The position numbers and the translations under genes were made by a program. From Acidobacteriota bacterium (lineage in GTDB: Bacteria; Acidobacteriota; UBA890; WLXD01), in contig CBDBHB010000009.1 of NCBI GenBank assembly GCA_965205505.1, positions 992,001 through 1,056,000 of the forward strand: 64,000 bases of DNA. The letters are read 5' to 3'. Of the stretch, positions 9,253 through 18,609 are shown piece by piece (position 1 is the stretch's first letter; each line of letters starts with the position of its first letter). The notes beneath the pieces are model-generated. The model was given only the letters and a program-made list of their open reading frames with translations, did no database searches and had not been told where the DNA came from.

Positions 9253-9570
9253 CCAGCGGTGGCAGGTCATGTCCACGCGCCCGTCGCTCCCGAAGCTCAC
9301 GCCCTCGGCCTCGAGTCGCCGTCGCTGGCGTCCGGGGGATGTTCCCGCGACGCGATCCGTCGAGCACTCTCCACGCACGCTCACTACGCGGTGCCACGGA
9401 ACGTCGTCCGGACAGTCATGCATGGCCCAGCCGACGGCACGCGGTGTCAGCGGCCGAGTATGGAGCGCAGCTACCTGGCCGTAGTTCATTACCTGTCCGG
9501 AGGGAATCTGGCGCACGATGTCCCACACCTCGTGCCAGGCGCTGGTCTCGCCGCTCTTCAGCCCCGCCAC
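9232..9570 (-). CDS. Alkyltransferase-like protein (ATL/YbaZ family)
   Basis: IPSGQVMNYGQVA, PRAVGWAM, PWHRVV (Trp replaces the catalytic Cys); GTG overlaps the upstream TAG. Confidence 0.88.
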   Translation of the reverse strand: MAGLKSGETSAWHEVWDIVRQIPSGQVMNYGQVAALHTRPLTPRAVGWAMHDCPDDVPWHRVVSVRGECSTDRVAGTSPGRQRRRLEAEGVSFGSDGRVDMTCHRWLPDRHR

Positions 9571-12500
9571 TATCGCTCCGCCTTGAGGGCCGGCAGGAGC
9601 GGCACGCGCAATGTCCCAATTACCGCCGCCAGACTCGCCAGCATGCCGACCACGAGCACCGCGGCAAGCGTTGGCAACAGGACGCCCCACGGCAGCTCGA
9701 CTGCAGCAAGGGCAAACCGCGGGGCGATTGCCAGCAACGCCGATGCGCTGCCGATCATCGTGCCGACGGCGAGTAGAAAGGCGTTCTCGGCAAGCACCAT
9801 GCGCGCCAGGAAGGCGCGCCGAAATCCGAAGGCGCGCAGGGTGGCGAGCTCGCCGCGCCGCTCGATCACGTTGCGTACCAGGACAACTCCGAGCCCGATT
9901 GTACCGAGGAGCAGGCCCAGTCCCCCCAGTGCCTGGAAAGTCGACAGGTAGGTGTTCTGCACCACGAGGAAGCCGGCGATTCGCTCGGCCGTCGGCGTGG
10001 CGTCGAAGCCGAACCGTTCGAGACGGTCTTCCAGCGAAGCCGCGATCTCGACCTGACGCCCCTCGGGCGCGTCGATGAGGAAATACGAGAAGCCACTTCG
10101 GCCGGGGAAATAGCGCAGCAGGTTGGCTTCCGAAATCAGCAACTCGCTCTGGAAGATGCTCTCCTGAACAGTGCCTACCAGCCGCAGCGTGAGCTCCTCG
10201 CCGCGCTCGCCCTCGATGGTCAACTCGCCGTCGACCGGCAATTTGAGAATCCACTGCATTGAGTTGGCGTCGCCGATAGCCGGGATCACTCCCGGACCCA
10301 GGTCGACGCGTAGCAACTCCCAGGGGTTGGCGCTCGCCTCCAGCTCGGCGCTCAGCGCAGCGAACCGAAAGCCGCCGCGATCGATAAGCTCGTCCGTTGC
10401 CCCGAGCAGCCGCGGTCGGCGCGGCTGAAACAGGTTCAGGCAGCTGGCGTCGTCCCCCGGCACCAGCCGAAGCTGGGTGATCCGCACATCTTGCAGCCGC
10501 GCCTCGGCAGTGGCGTCAAAGCCGAGATCGAAGCGTCCGGCGACGTCGTTGAGGTTCTGATGCAGCGGTACGTCGGCCATCGCCATGAGCTCGTAGCCGC
10601 CGGCGCCCTCCTCGATAACGTGGGATTCGCGGGCCGGGTCGCGGGTGTTGCCGGCCACTGTGACGATGACGAAGCACGCCGACGCTACGAGTGCCACGCT
10701 TAGAATGCTGCGGTTCGGGCTCCACGAGCTGCTTCGAACCGCCATGCCGAGCGCCGCGAAGCCGGAGCTCCTGAGGCGCCCGCGCCCCCGCCGACACCAA
10801 GTTGAGAAGGCCGCCAATCCGGCAGTCAGCAGTAGCGCGCCGATTCCGAAAGCGATTCCCGGGTTAGACGTTTGATCGCCCGCCAGCGCGTACCCCAGCA
10901 GACCAATTGCAGCGGCGAAACACAACGGGGCCAGCCAACCACGGTGCTGGCGTTCGCCAGCGGTGGCGGCAGGCATCCTGGTCACACCGGCCAGCAATCG
11001 GGTTGGCGGCAATCGACGCAAACGCCGCACAGCGATCCATATCGAGCCAACCACAGCGATCGCAGAGATGGCGAACCCGATGACCAGCGTGACCGGCAAC
11101 ACGTGCAGATACAGCAGCGGCGAGCCCACCGCCGCCAGCCAGATCGTCCGCAAACCCCAGAGCATGAGGTTTCCGTAAAGCACCGCGGCGACCAATCCGG
11201 CGGCACCGCCTAACGCTACGATCGCCGCTCCCTCAGTCAGGAATTTTCGCTGCACGTGTCTCAGCGGGTAGCCAACCGCCAGCAGCAATCCGATTTCCTT
11301 GCCGCGCTGTTCGATGCCGAGGGTGAACAGCAGGCTGACGATCATCAACGCCGACAAGATGAGAAAGAAGCTGAAGGCGAGAAACAGCTGGCCGAAGTCG
11401 GTTGCCCCAGCTGCAGCCTCGAGGCCCTGGCTCTTGATGTCGACAAAGCGGAACCCATAGTCCTGCGGCTCGAGCCGCTCGAGCAGGATCGAGCCGAGCT
11501 CGAAGCTGAACGTGGCCGGGTCGACGTCCGCGGGGACCGCGACCCGAACCGACGTGGTGGCGCCATATCGCGTGCTCCACAGCCGTTGGCCGGTATCCGC
11601 CGCGACGAAGGACTTCGGTGTGCCACGGTAGGCGTCCCAGTACTCCTCGTCGACGTCGCGGATGGTGCTCAAGTCGACCGGGAACGGTGGCTCCCAGTCG
11701 GCAATGTTGTCGATGCCCTCGATGCCCGGATACTCGGGCGTCAGATCGGCGTCCACCGCCAGGCCGCGCATCGCAACGGTTCCAGCCACGCGGAAGCGGG
11801 TCTCCTCGGTGCGCAACTGCTCATCGAGCCCGACGACGTAGTAGCTCATGCGCAGCTCGTCGCCCGTTGACGCACCGAGCTGGGTCGCAGTCCACTCGTT
11901 GATCAGAATCTCGTCCGCTGCCAGCGCCGGCGCCGGCGTTCCGTCGACCAGATGCAGCCGCCCGAACGGCAACGAGTCGTCCAAGACGTCCAGGGCCAAC
12001 ACCATCGAATAGGGTACCTGGCGGTCCGCGACCCGCAGGCTGTTCGACATGTAGACCTGCAGACGCTGGGTCGGTGCTCGGAGGTCGCGCGCGGCGGCCT
12101 CGATGGTCTCCACCAGCGCCGCTCGAAGGACGAACTCTTCGCTCTCGATCTCGATGAGCGTAGTGTTCGCGGGGCCCTCGATGGCGCTTAAGCCGAGCCC
12201 GATGTCGGCGAGGGTCAGCGAGGTGACCAGCAAGGGCTGAGGGTCGGCAACGCTGGTGCCGCGGCGGTCCAGCAACAGGGAATTGACGCGTCCCGGTTGC
12301 TCGACAGCAGCCTGTAGATCGTCGAGCGACAAGAAGGCACTCAGCGGCGACGCCTGGTGCGGGTTGAGGTCGAAGCGGCCGATTCCACGATCCGGCACGA
12401 CCTCGACCAGACTCGTGCGTATCGTGCCGACTACGTCTTCCGCCTCGCGGCTGCCCAGCAAGGTATCGCGAGGCACCTCGCTGCCGAGCCGGAAGCGCAC

Positions 12501-13007
12501 CAATATTTGGTCGCCCACCACGGCACCGAGCTCGCGCTGCAGCGACGCGTTTATCACGATGGACGGGAACAATTGGCCGCTGCTACGGGCGAAGCTCATC
12601 GCGGGTTGGCGGTCGCCAGCCTGGCTTTGGAATACCGGGGAGGTTGTCGGTTCGTCGAACAGCTCGACGAAGGCGTCGTCGATGCCCAGCACATTGATCT
12701 GCGACGCGCGTGCGCGGGTGTCGGCATGCACGGCGTTGCCGCGTAGCAGGATGGCGCCCGCAACCCGTTCGAACCCGGCGGCGAAGCCGGGGAGCGCCGC
12801 TATCTCATCGACGAGCTCGGCGCGGAAGAAGCGCTCGGCGACCAGCGATGTATCGATGTGGCCCAGTCGGTCGAGGGTGATGTCGCGGAGGCTGGCGCGT
12901 ACCGAATCCCCCACCAGCAGGGCTCCGGTCAGCACCGCCGCGCACACGGCTACGGCTAGCGTGACGGCAAGGTTGACGCGCCAATGGTGGATCAGACCTC
13001 GAAGCAT
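9570..13007 (-). CDS. Large FtsX/MacB-type ABC transporter permease (duplicated)
   Basis: Multiple TM segments; EQRGKEIGLLLAVG and ERRGELATLRAFGF permease motifs. Confidence 0.9.
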   Translation of the reverse strand: MLRGLIHHWRVNLAVTLAVAVCAAVLTGALLVGDSVRASLRDITLDRLGHIDTSLVAERFFRAELVDEIAALPGFAAGFERVAGAILLRGNAVHADTRARASQINVLGIDDAFVELFDEPTTSPVFQSQAGDRQPAMSFARSSGQLFPSIVINASLQRELGAVVGDQILVRFRLGSEVPRDTLLGSREAEDVVGTIRTSLVEVVPDRGIGRFDLNPHQASPLSAFLSLDDLQAAVEQPGRVNSLLLDRRGTSVADPQPLLVTSLTLADIGLGLSAIEGPANTTLIEIESEEFVLRAALVETIEAAARDLRAPTQRLQVYMSNSLRVADRQVPYSMVLALDVLDDSLPFGRLHLVDGTPAPALAADEILINEWTATQLGASTGDELRMSYYVVGLDEQLRTEETRFRVAGTVAMRGLAVDADLTPEYPGIEGIDNIADWEPPFPVDLSTIRDVDEEYWDAYRGTPKSFVAADTGQRLWSTRYGATTSVRVAVPADVDPATFSFELGSILLERLEPQDYGFRFVDIKSQGLEAAAGATDFGQLFLAFSFFLILSALMIVSLLFTLGIEQRGKEIGLLLAVGYPLRHVQRKFLTEGAAIVALGGAAGLVAAVLYGNLMLWGLRTIWLAAVGSPLLYLHVLPVTLVIGFAISAIAVVGSIWIAVRRLRRLPPTRLLAGVTRMPAATAGERQHRGWLAPLCFAAAIGLLGYALAGDQTSNPGIAFGIGALLLTAGLAAFSTWCRRGRGRLRSSGFAALGMAVRSSSWSPNRSILSVALVASACFVIVTVAGNTRDPARESHVIEEGAGGYELMAMADVPLHQNLNDVAGRFDLGFDATAEARLQDVRITQLRLVPGDDASCLNLFQPRRPRLLGATDELIDRGGFRFAALSAELEASANPWELLRVDLGPGVIPAIGDANSMQWILKLPVDGELTIEGERGEELTLRLVGTVQESIFQSELLISEANLLRYFPGRSGFSYFLIDAPEGRQVEIAASLEDRLERFGFDATPTAERIAGFLVVQNTYLSTFQALGGLGLLLGTIGLGVVLVRNVIERRGELATLRAFGFRRAFLARMVLAENAFLLAVGTMIGSASALLAIAPRFALAAVELPWGVLLPTLAAVLVVGMLASLAAVIGTLRVPLLPALKAER

Positions 13008-13660
13008 CGACCCTCCCGTAACTCCAGTCGACGCCCGAAGCGTTGTGCCAGATCCGAGTTATGCGTCACCACGACCAGAACGTTGGACTCCTGCTCGTGC
13101 AGCTCGAGCAACAGCTCGGCCACGGCGTTGGCGGCTCGATGATCGAGGTTCCCGGTGGGCTCGTCGCACAGCAGCACAGCCGGGCGATTGATCAAGGCTC
13201 GGGCAATTGCGACCCGCTGGCGCTCGCCGCCCGACAACTGTGCCGGCCGGTGATCGAGTCGGTGCCCCAACCCGACGCGCTCCAGCAGTTGCCGGGCGCG
13301 TGCCGCACCTGCGGCATTGCCGGGAAACGCCAGCGTAGGGACGATCGTGTTCTCGAGCACGCTGTACTGCGGTAGCAGGTGATGATCCTGAAACACGAAG
13401 CCGATCGACTCGTTGCGGAAGCGAGCCATATCCGGCTCGCTCAGAGCGAACGGGTTGCGACCGCCGATTTTCACGTCGCCAGCGGTCGGCGGCTCGAGCG
13501 TACCTATGATGTGCAGCACGGTGCTTTTGCCTGAGCCGGACGGACCCATGATCGCCGTCGAGTCTCCCGCAGCGACGTTGAACGAGACTCCGTCGAGCAC
13601 CGGTACGGTGGCGTCACCCATCTCGAATTGCTTGACGATGTTGGTGACCTGCAGGTCCAA
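12992..13660 (-). CDS. ABC transporter ATP-binding protein (LolD-like)
   Basis: GPSGSGKST, LSGGERQRVAIARA, DEPTGNLD, VTH. Confidence 0.95.
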   Translation of the reverse strand: MDLQVTNIVKQFEMGDATVPVLDGVSFNVAAGDSTAIMGPSGSGKSTVLHIIGTLEPPTAGDVKIGGRNPFALSEPDMARFRNESIGFVFQDHHLLPQYSVLENTIVPTLAFPGNAAGAARARQLLERVGLGHRLDHRPAQLSGGERQRVAIARALINRPAVLLCDEPTGNLDHRAANAVAELLLELHEQESNVLVVVTHNSDLAQRFGRRLELREGRCFEV

Positions 13661-13687
13661 GCGACTCCTCCCAATATGCCTGCCGGG

Positions 13688-14113
13688 TTACTCGACGCTC
13701 CCCGCTTCCTGGATCTGGTCGGCGATGAAGGCAGGGATCTCTATGGCCCGCGGACCCGATTCCTCCATGGCACAGCACACAGAGGTCATCGAGCCGGTGC
13801 CAACAAGACGCTTGCCGACGTGGATCGAGAACCCGTACGTCATCGCCTTCCTTCCCTTGCGTAGCACGCGGAGGTGGATGTCGACAACGTCGTTGAAACG
13901 TGCCGGCGAATTGAACTGTGCTTCGACCGCCACCCGCGGCCATCCGAGCTGCATGCCGTCGTGGTGCATGTGCACGCTCGCGCCGAGCGAGTCGATGAAG
14001 GCGTGCTCGGCATTCTCCATGAACACGATCAGCCGAGAGAAGTGCACGATCCCGGCCATGTCGGTATCGGAGAACTCGACTTTCCGCTGAATCCTCAGCT
14101 CGTGCATACCCAT
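13688..14113 (-). CDS. Acyl-CoA thioesterase (4HBT/YbgC hot-dog family)
   Basis: VEFSDTDMAGIVHF motif. Confidence 0.9.
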   Translation of the reverse strand: MGMHELRIQRKVEFSDTDMAGIVHFSRLIVFMENAEHAFIDSLGASVHMHHDGMQLGWPRVAVEAQFNSPARFNDVVDIHLRVLRKGRKAMTYGFSIHVGKRLVGTGSMTSVCCAMEESGPRAIEIPAFIADQIQEAGSVE

Positions 14114-15393
14114 CGCTCATACTCGCGTAGCGTCGCCGCTGCCATGGCCTCGTCCGAGAACTCACGGTGAACCGCTTGGCGGCCGACCCGGCCGAGCTCA
14201 CGGCCTCGTTCAGGATCGCGCATCAGCGCCTCGAGCGCATCCACCACCGCGTCATCTGACTCTGGATCCACCAGCACCCCTCCGCCAGTCCACTCGATCA
14301 ACTCCGGAAAGCCGCCGTGCGCGGGTACGACTACGGGCACGGCACTGGCCATCGCCTCCAGCGCCGGCAGCCCCTTCGATTCCCGGTAAACGGTTGGCAG
14401 GCAAAGGACGTCGATCGAGCTGAGGAATTGCATCTTGCCGTCGCGATCGACCTCGCCGACCCAATCGACGCGGTCCGACAGTCCCCAGTTCGTCACCCGG
14501 CGTTGCTGCTCGTCGACGTAGGCCGCGTCGCGCTTGCCCACGTAGCCGGCGATACGCAGGCGCACGCGCTCTTGTCCGACCCGTCGGGTCAACTCGTGGA
14601 AGGCCGCGACGAGACGATGCACTCCTTTTTCCGGACAGAGCCTGGCGAGGAACCCGATCGTGTACGGCTCGTCCGCAGACCGCGCCCGCGTCTCGTGTCC
14701 GAACAGCGTGACCCCGAGGGGCACCACGCGGATCTTCTCGGCCGACGTTGCCAGGTAGCCGCGCACATGGTCGGCGTAGTAGCGGTTCGGTGCTAGGAAG
14801 CCGTCGACATCGATGGCGTGGGTGCGTAGCTCCGCCACGAAACGCGTTCTGTAGGGTTCTACGAGCTGATCGATGAAGATGTCCTCTCCTTGCGCGCCGC
14901 AAAGCACCGGCACGCGGAGCTCGCGTTTGAGGGTTCGCGCCAGGCCCAACAGCAAGGCGTTGGTGATGTGCACGATCTGCGGTTTGAACTCGTCGCGCAG
15001 CCACGCAACGAGGCTTTCGAGCTCGCGCCGCTGACGGCCATCCTCGCCCCGCAGCACCGACAACGCCAGTGCGCCCAGCTCCTCGCCCTGCGTGGCGCTC
15101 GAGCCCGCCAGCCGCGAGACGTTCCTGAGCAGAGCCGGCCGATCGAGTAACCAGTGCAGGATGCCGGGACGACGTCGGAAGAGCTTCCAGTGCTGCTCCA
15201 GGTAGACGTTGACAGCGCCATAGAAGACGCGGTCTATGCTGACGTCGTCTTCGTCGGTGCGGATCGGCGTGTACATGGGAACTAGCGCCACATCATGTCC
15301 GCTCTTCTGCAGGGCGGCTGCCAGTGTGTTGTCGTGCAGGCAGCTACCGCAGTACATCCCCGCCGCGCCAGCCGTGATGTAGGCGATGCGCAT
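14095..15393 (-). CDS. Glycosyltransferase family 4 with N-terminal CxxC
   Basis: GAAGMYCGSCLHDN; ARLCPEKG; ESKGLPALEAMA. Confidence 0.9.
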   Translation of the reverse strand: MRIAYITAGAAGMYCGSCLHDNTLAAALQKSGHDVALVPMYTPIRTDEDDVSIDRVFYGAVNVYLEQHWKLFRRRPGILHWLLDRPALLRNVSRLAGSSATQGEELGALALSVLRGEDGRQRRELESLVAWLRDEFKPQIVHITNALLLGLARTLKRELRVPVLCGAQGEDIFIDQLVEPYRTRFVAELRTHAIDVDGFLAPNRYYADHVRGYLATSAEKIRVVPLGVTLFGHETRARSADEPYTIGFLARLCPEKGVHRLVAAFHELTRRVGQERVRLRIAGYVGKRDAAYVDEQQRRVTNWGLSDRVDWVGEVDRDGKMQFLSSIDVLCLPTVYRESKGLPALEAMASAVPVVVPAHGGFPELIEWTGGGVLVDPESDDAVVDALEALMRDPERGRELGRVGRQAVHREFSDEAMAAATLREYERWVCTS

Positions 15394-15403
15394 GCAGCGT
15401 CGC

Positions 15404-15592
15404 CTAGCGGGCCGTGGTGAAAGTGTGGTGGGTCTGGTTACGCCGTAACCCTTCGGGCAACAGGGGGTTGCGCGCGTATGCTGCGTCGTTCCTCGTCAAC
15501 GATGGGGTAACCATCGTCTCCTCCTCTCTCCTTGCCTGTACTTCGCAAGTTTCTGTCGCCAGACCCACCACACTTTCACCACGGCCTGCTAG
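15404..15592 (-). mobile_element. 189-bp internally deleted copy of the 279-bp repeat, inverted orientation
   Basis: Both TIRs and CTAG ends present; 90 bp of the second internal arm missing. Confidence 0.9.
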
Positions 15593-17058
15593 CCGGCTGG
15601 CGGGGCGATGAAGCGGTTGACGTGTTCGTCGTCGGGCGGGCTCGTCAGCAGCGACACGACCACCATCGCCACGCTGGACGCCGCCAGGATCACCGCTACA
15701 GCCATGACGCCGCTTCCACCGACCGTGTACGTCCGATCACCCCACCCCTGGTAGAAGAAGTAGCTCCACAGAACGACCACCGTTCCAACGCAGGCAGTCG
15801 CACCCTGCTTGGTGCTGCGTCGCCAAAACAGCGCGCCGATGGCGATCGGTATCAGCGCGGCGAAACCACTGAACGACCAGGTTGCCAGGTCGAAGATGCT
15901 TCGATCGGAGAACAAGAACAGCGTGTAGGTGAACGCCAGGATTCCCGTGACGAACAGCCTTCCCATGAGGATCTGTTGGCGGTCGGTGAGGCGGTCGGCG
16001 TGACCGTAGTGGCGGACGATATCCTCGGTGAACATCGTCCCCAGCGACAACACCTGCGAGTCGAGCGACGACATCACGGCCGCGAACACGCCAGCGGCGA
16101 GGAGCCCGGCGAGCACCCCGGGTGCGTGCAGCGTGATCATCCGCACGAGGATGGAGTTCGATTGCCCGCCGACGAGGCCGGGGAAGTCGAGCCTGCCGGC
16201 GATTCCTAGCAACACCGGCGGGAGCCAGACGGCGGCGATGCACAGCGGATACACTATCACCGTCAGCCGAAAGTTCTCCAGCCGCTTGGCGCTCAGCCAA
16301 TGCATGAACATGTGTGGGAACATTGCCGGCGAGAGCGGGATCAGCGAGTAGGTGAGCCATCGTACCGGGGAAAAGTTGCCTTCTCGCACCAGCAGCTCCG
16401 GCGCCTCTGCCGCGATTCTGCTCATCACCACGCCGACGCCGCCCATGTTGCGAAATACGACGAAGACGGTAGCCGCTCCGAGGATCATGAAGACGATGGT
16501 CTGGAAGGTGTTCACCCAGGCGGTGCCGCGCAGGCCCCCGTAGGTCACGTATGTCATGACGACCAGACAGATCACCAGCCCGCCGATCCACTCGGGGACG
16601 TCTCCCCCGGTAACCTGGTTGAGCGTGACCCCGCCGGCCATGACGCCGATGAGCAGGTAGGGGATCACCAGGCCAACCAGCACCACGAACAGCAACAGAC
16701 CGAGATAATCTGACCCCCAACGATCGCGGAAGAACTGCACCTGAGTAACGTAGCCATGGCGCTTGCCGATCGCCCAAGCGCGCGTGCCGATGAAGAAGAA
16801 GATCGCCGGGATCACCAGGCCGGAGATTGCCGGCATGAAGCCGAACACCCCGATCCCCGCGTGATAGGCTTCGCCCGACGCGCCCAGCAGAGCGAACGCC
16901 GTCATGTTGGTGCCGAACAGCGACATCAACAGAAGGAAGGGCCCGATGCTACGGGTGGCGAGGAAATAATCTTCGCCGGTCTGCTGGAACAGACGGTGGC
17001 TGAAGGCTCCGATCGACAACACCGCTGCCATGTAGACAGCGATGATCGCCAGCGTCAC
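15589..17058 (-). CDS. Sodium:solute symporter family protein
   Basis: EDYFLATRSIG, GGLRGTAWVN, AAVMSSLDSQ; about 13 TM segments. Confidence 0.92.
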   Translation of the reverse strand: MTLAIIAVYMAAVLSIGAFSHRLFQQTGEDYFLATRSIGPFLLLMSLFGTNMTAFALLGASGEAYHAGIGVFGFMPAISGLVIPAIFFFIGTRAWAIGKRHGYVTQVQFFRDRWGSDYLGLLLFVVLVGLVIPYLLIGVMAGGVTLNQVTGGDVPEWIGGLVICLVVMTYVTYGGLRGTAWVNTFQTIVFMILGAATVFVVFRNMGGVGVVMSRIAAEAPELLVREGNFSPVRWLTYSLIPLSPAMFPHMFMHWLSAKRLENFRLTVIVYPLCIAAVWLPPVLLGIAGRLDFPGLVGGQSNSILVRMITLHAPGVLAGLLAAGVFAAVMSSLDSQVLSLGTMFTEDIVRHYGHADRLTDRQQILMGRLFVTGILAFTYTLFLFSDRSIFDLATWSFSGFAALIPIAIGALFWRRSTKQGATACVGTVVVLWSYFFYQGWGDRTYTVGGSGVMAVAVILAASSVAMVVVSLLTSPPDDEHVNRFIAPPAG

Positions 17059-17282
17059 CGGTGGTCTCCGGAATCATCGATTTCGAGGTGGTGCGGCCAT
17101 GCTTGGGTGACGAGCAGGTACATCACCACCGCCGTCGCCCCCATGTACGCGATGTGGTAGAGCAGCCCCATCGGTAACCCGAAGCGTAGGCGCGCGTCGT
17201 TCCAGAGCCACCAGTCATTGTGGAGCACATAGAGCAGCGCCAATGAGCCGTAGAGTCTCAGCCGATTGCCACTCATGCGCAC
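17055..17282 (-). CDS. Small membrane partner of SSS transporter (DUF3311-like)
   Basis: LHNDWWLWND...GLPMGLLYH; 2 TM; overlaps the SSS start. Confidence 0.8.
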   Translation of the reverse strand: MRMSGNRLRLYGSLALLYVLHNDWWLWNDARLRFGLPMGLLYHIAYMGATAVVMYLLVTQAWPHHLEIDDSGDHR

Positions 17283-17334
17283 CTCGTCGGACCGTTCTTC
17301 AATGGGTTGTGGCGTTTGCTGGCTCCGGGCTGCC

Positions 17335-18609
17335 CTAACGCTCGCTGGTAGTTTCCTGGAGTCTGAAGGGCTCGTACGCCGGCAACGCGCAGAACTTCTC
17401 CATCGACTCTAGCAGTCGGCTGAGGTTTTTTCTGTAGACATTGCCGATCAACAGGTTCACCAACTCGTCCTTGACGTCGGGGAACTGTGCCAGAAACTCG
17501 GCGAAGCTGAACTCGTCCGAGTAGAAGGCGTAGACGAGCTTGCGCATCGCTTCGACGCCCTCGAGGAACTCGTTGCCGTGCCGCCCGAGCCGCTCCGCCG
17601 ATAGCTCTGCGTGCTCGAACGCGTCGAGGATCGAGTCGGCGGCGTATTCGGCGCCCTTGAGCGCCAGGAATACCCCTGACGAGTAGATTGGATCGATGAA
17701 GCCGAAAGCGTCGCCTACCATCACCCAGCCGTCGCCCGCCACGCGGTGGCTGGCGTATGAGAAGTCTCTGAGGACTCGGACCTCGTGCAGCTGCTCGGCC
17801 CCCTCGATCCTCTCCAGCAGCGCCGGGCAACCGGCTGCCTCCTCGTCGTAAACGCGTTGGGGGTCCTTGGCGCGGCCCTTCACGAGCCGATCGATTGGTC
17901 CCACCACGCCAGCGCTGACTACTCCGTCCGGCAGCGGGATATACCAGAACCAGGTTCTCGGCTGGCTCGTGTAGAAAATCAGCGTCGCCCCCGCGTCGCG
18001 GCCCTCGCCGCGCCAGCCACCGCTATAACGCGTGTAGAAGGAGCAGTTCATCAGGTTGGGATCCACTTGTCTGAGCTTCAGGCGCTTGGCGAGCATGGCC
18101 GACTGCCCGGTGGCGTCGACCACCACGCCGGCCTCGAGAAGATGCGTCGACCCGTCGGCGAATCGCGCCTCGACACCGCGAGCGCGTTCGCCGTCGAATA
18201 GCACTTCGGTGGTGCGGGCGCGCTCGTGCACTTCCACGCCGTGCTCGCCGGCGTTGTTCAACAGCATTTGGTCGAAGGCACTACGGTCGACTTGCCAGGT
18301 CTGCGCACTCGGCCCCGGTTCGGTCTCGGAGAAGTAAAAGGGCAACGAGCCTTGGCCGTTCTCGGAGAAGAACTGCACTGAGTGCTTCTCGGGAAAGCGG
18401 CTGCACTTCAATTGCTCGAGCACGCCAAGGCGCTCGAGTGTCCAATAGGTGGCCGGCATGAGCGACTCCCCAATGCGAAAGCGGGGGAACTGCTCGCGCT
18501 CGAGAAGTAGCACGCGGAGCCCGCCGTCGGCGGTCAACGTTGCCGTCGCCGACCCAGCCGGGCCCCCGCCCACCACGATGACGTCGTAGGCATCAGCCTT
18601 GGGAGACAT
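17335..18609 (-). CDS. Flavin-dependent halogenase-like oxidoreductase
   Basis: GGGPAG FAD motif, FPRFRIGES, WFWYIP (WxWxIP), GDAFGFIDPIYSSGV. Confidence 0.85.
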   Translation of the reverse strand: MSPKADAYDVIVVGGGPAGSATATLTADGGLRVLLLEREQFPRFRIGESLMPATYWTLERLGVLEQLKCSRFPEKHSVQFFSENGQGSLPFYFSETEPGPSAQTWQVDRSAFDQMLLNNAGEHGVEVHERARTTEVLFDGERARGVEARFADGSTHLLEAGVVVDATGQSAMLAKRLKLRQVDPNLMNCSFYTRYSGGWRGEGRDAGATLIFYTSQPRTWFWYIPLPDGVVSAGVVGPIDRLVKGRAKDPQRVYDEEAAGCPALLERIEGAEQLHEVRVLRDFSYASHRVAGDGWVMVGDAFGFIDPIYSSGVFLALKGAEYAADSILDAFEHAELSAERLGRHGNEFLEGVEAMRKLVYAFYSDEFSFAEFLAQFPDVKDELVNLLIGNVYRKNLSRLLESMEKFCALPAYEPFRLQETTSER

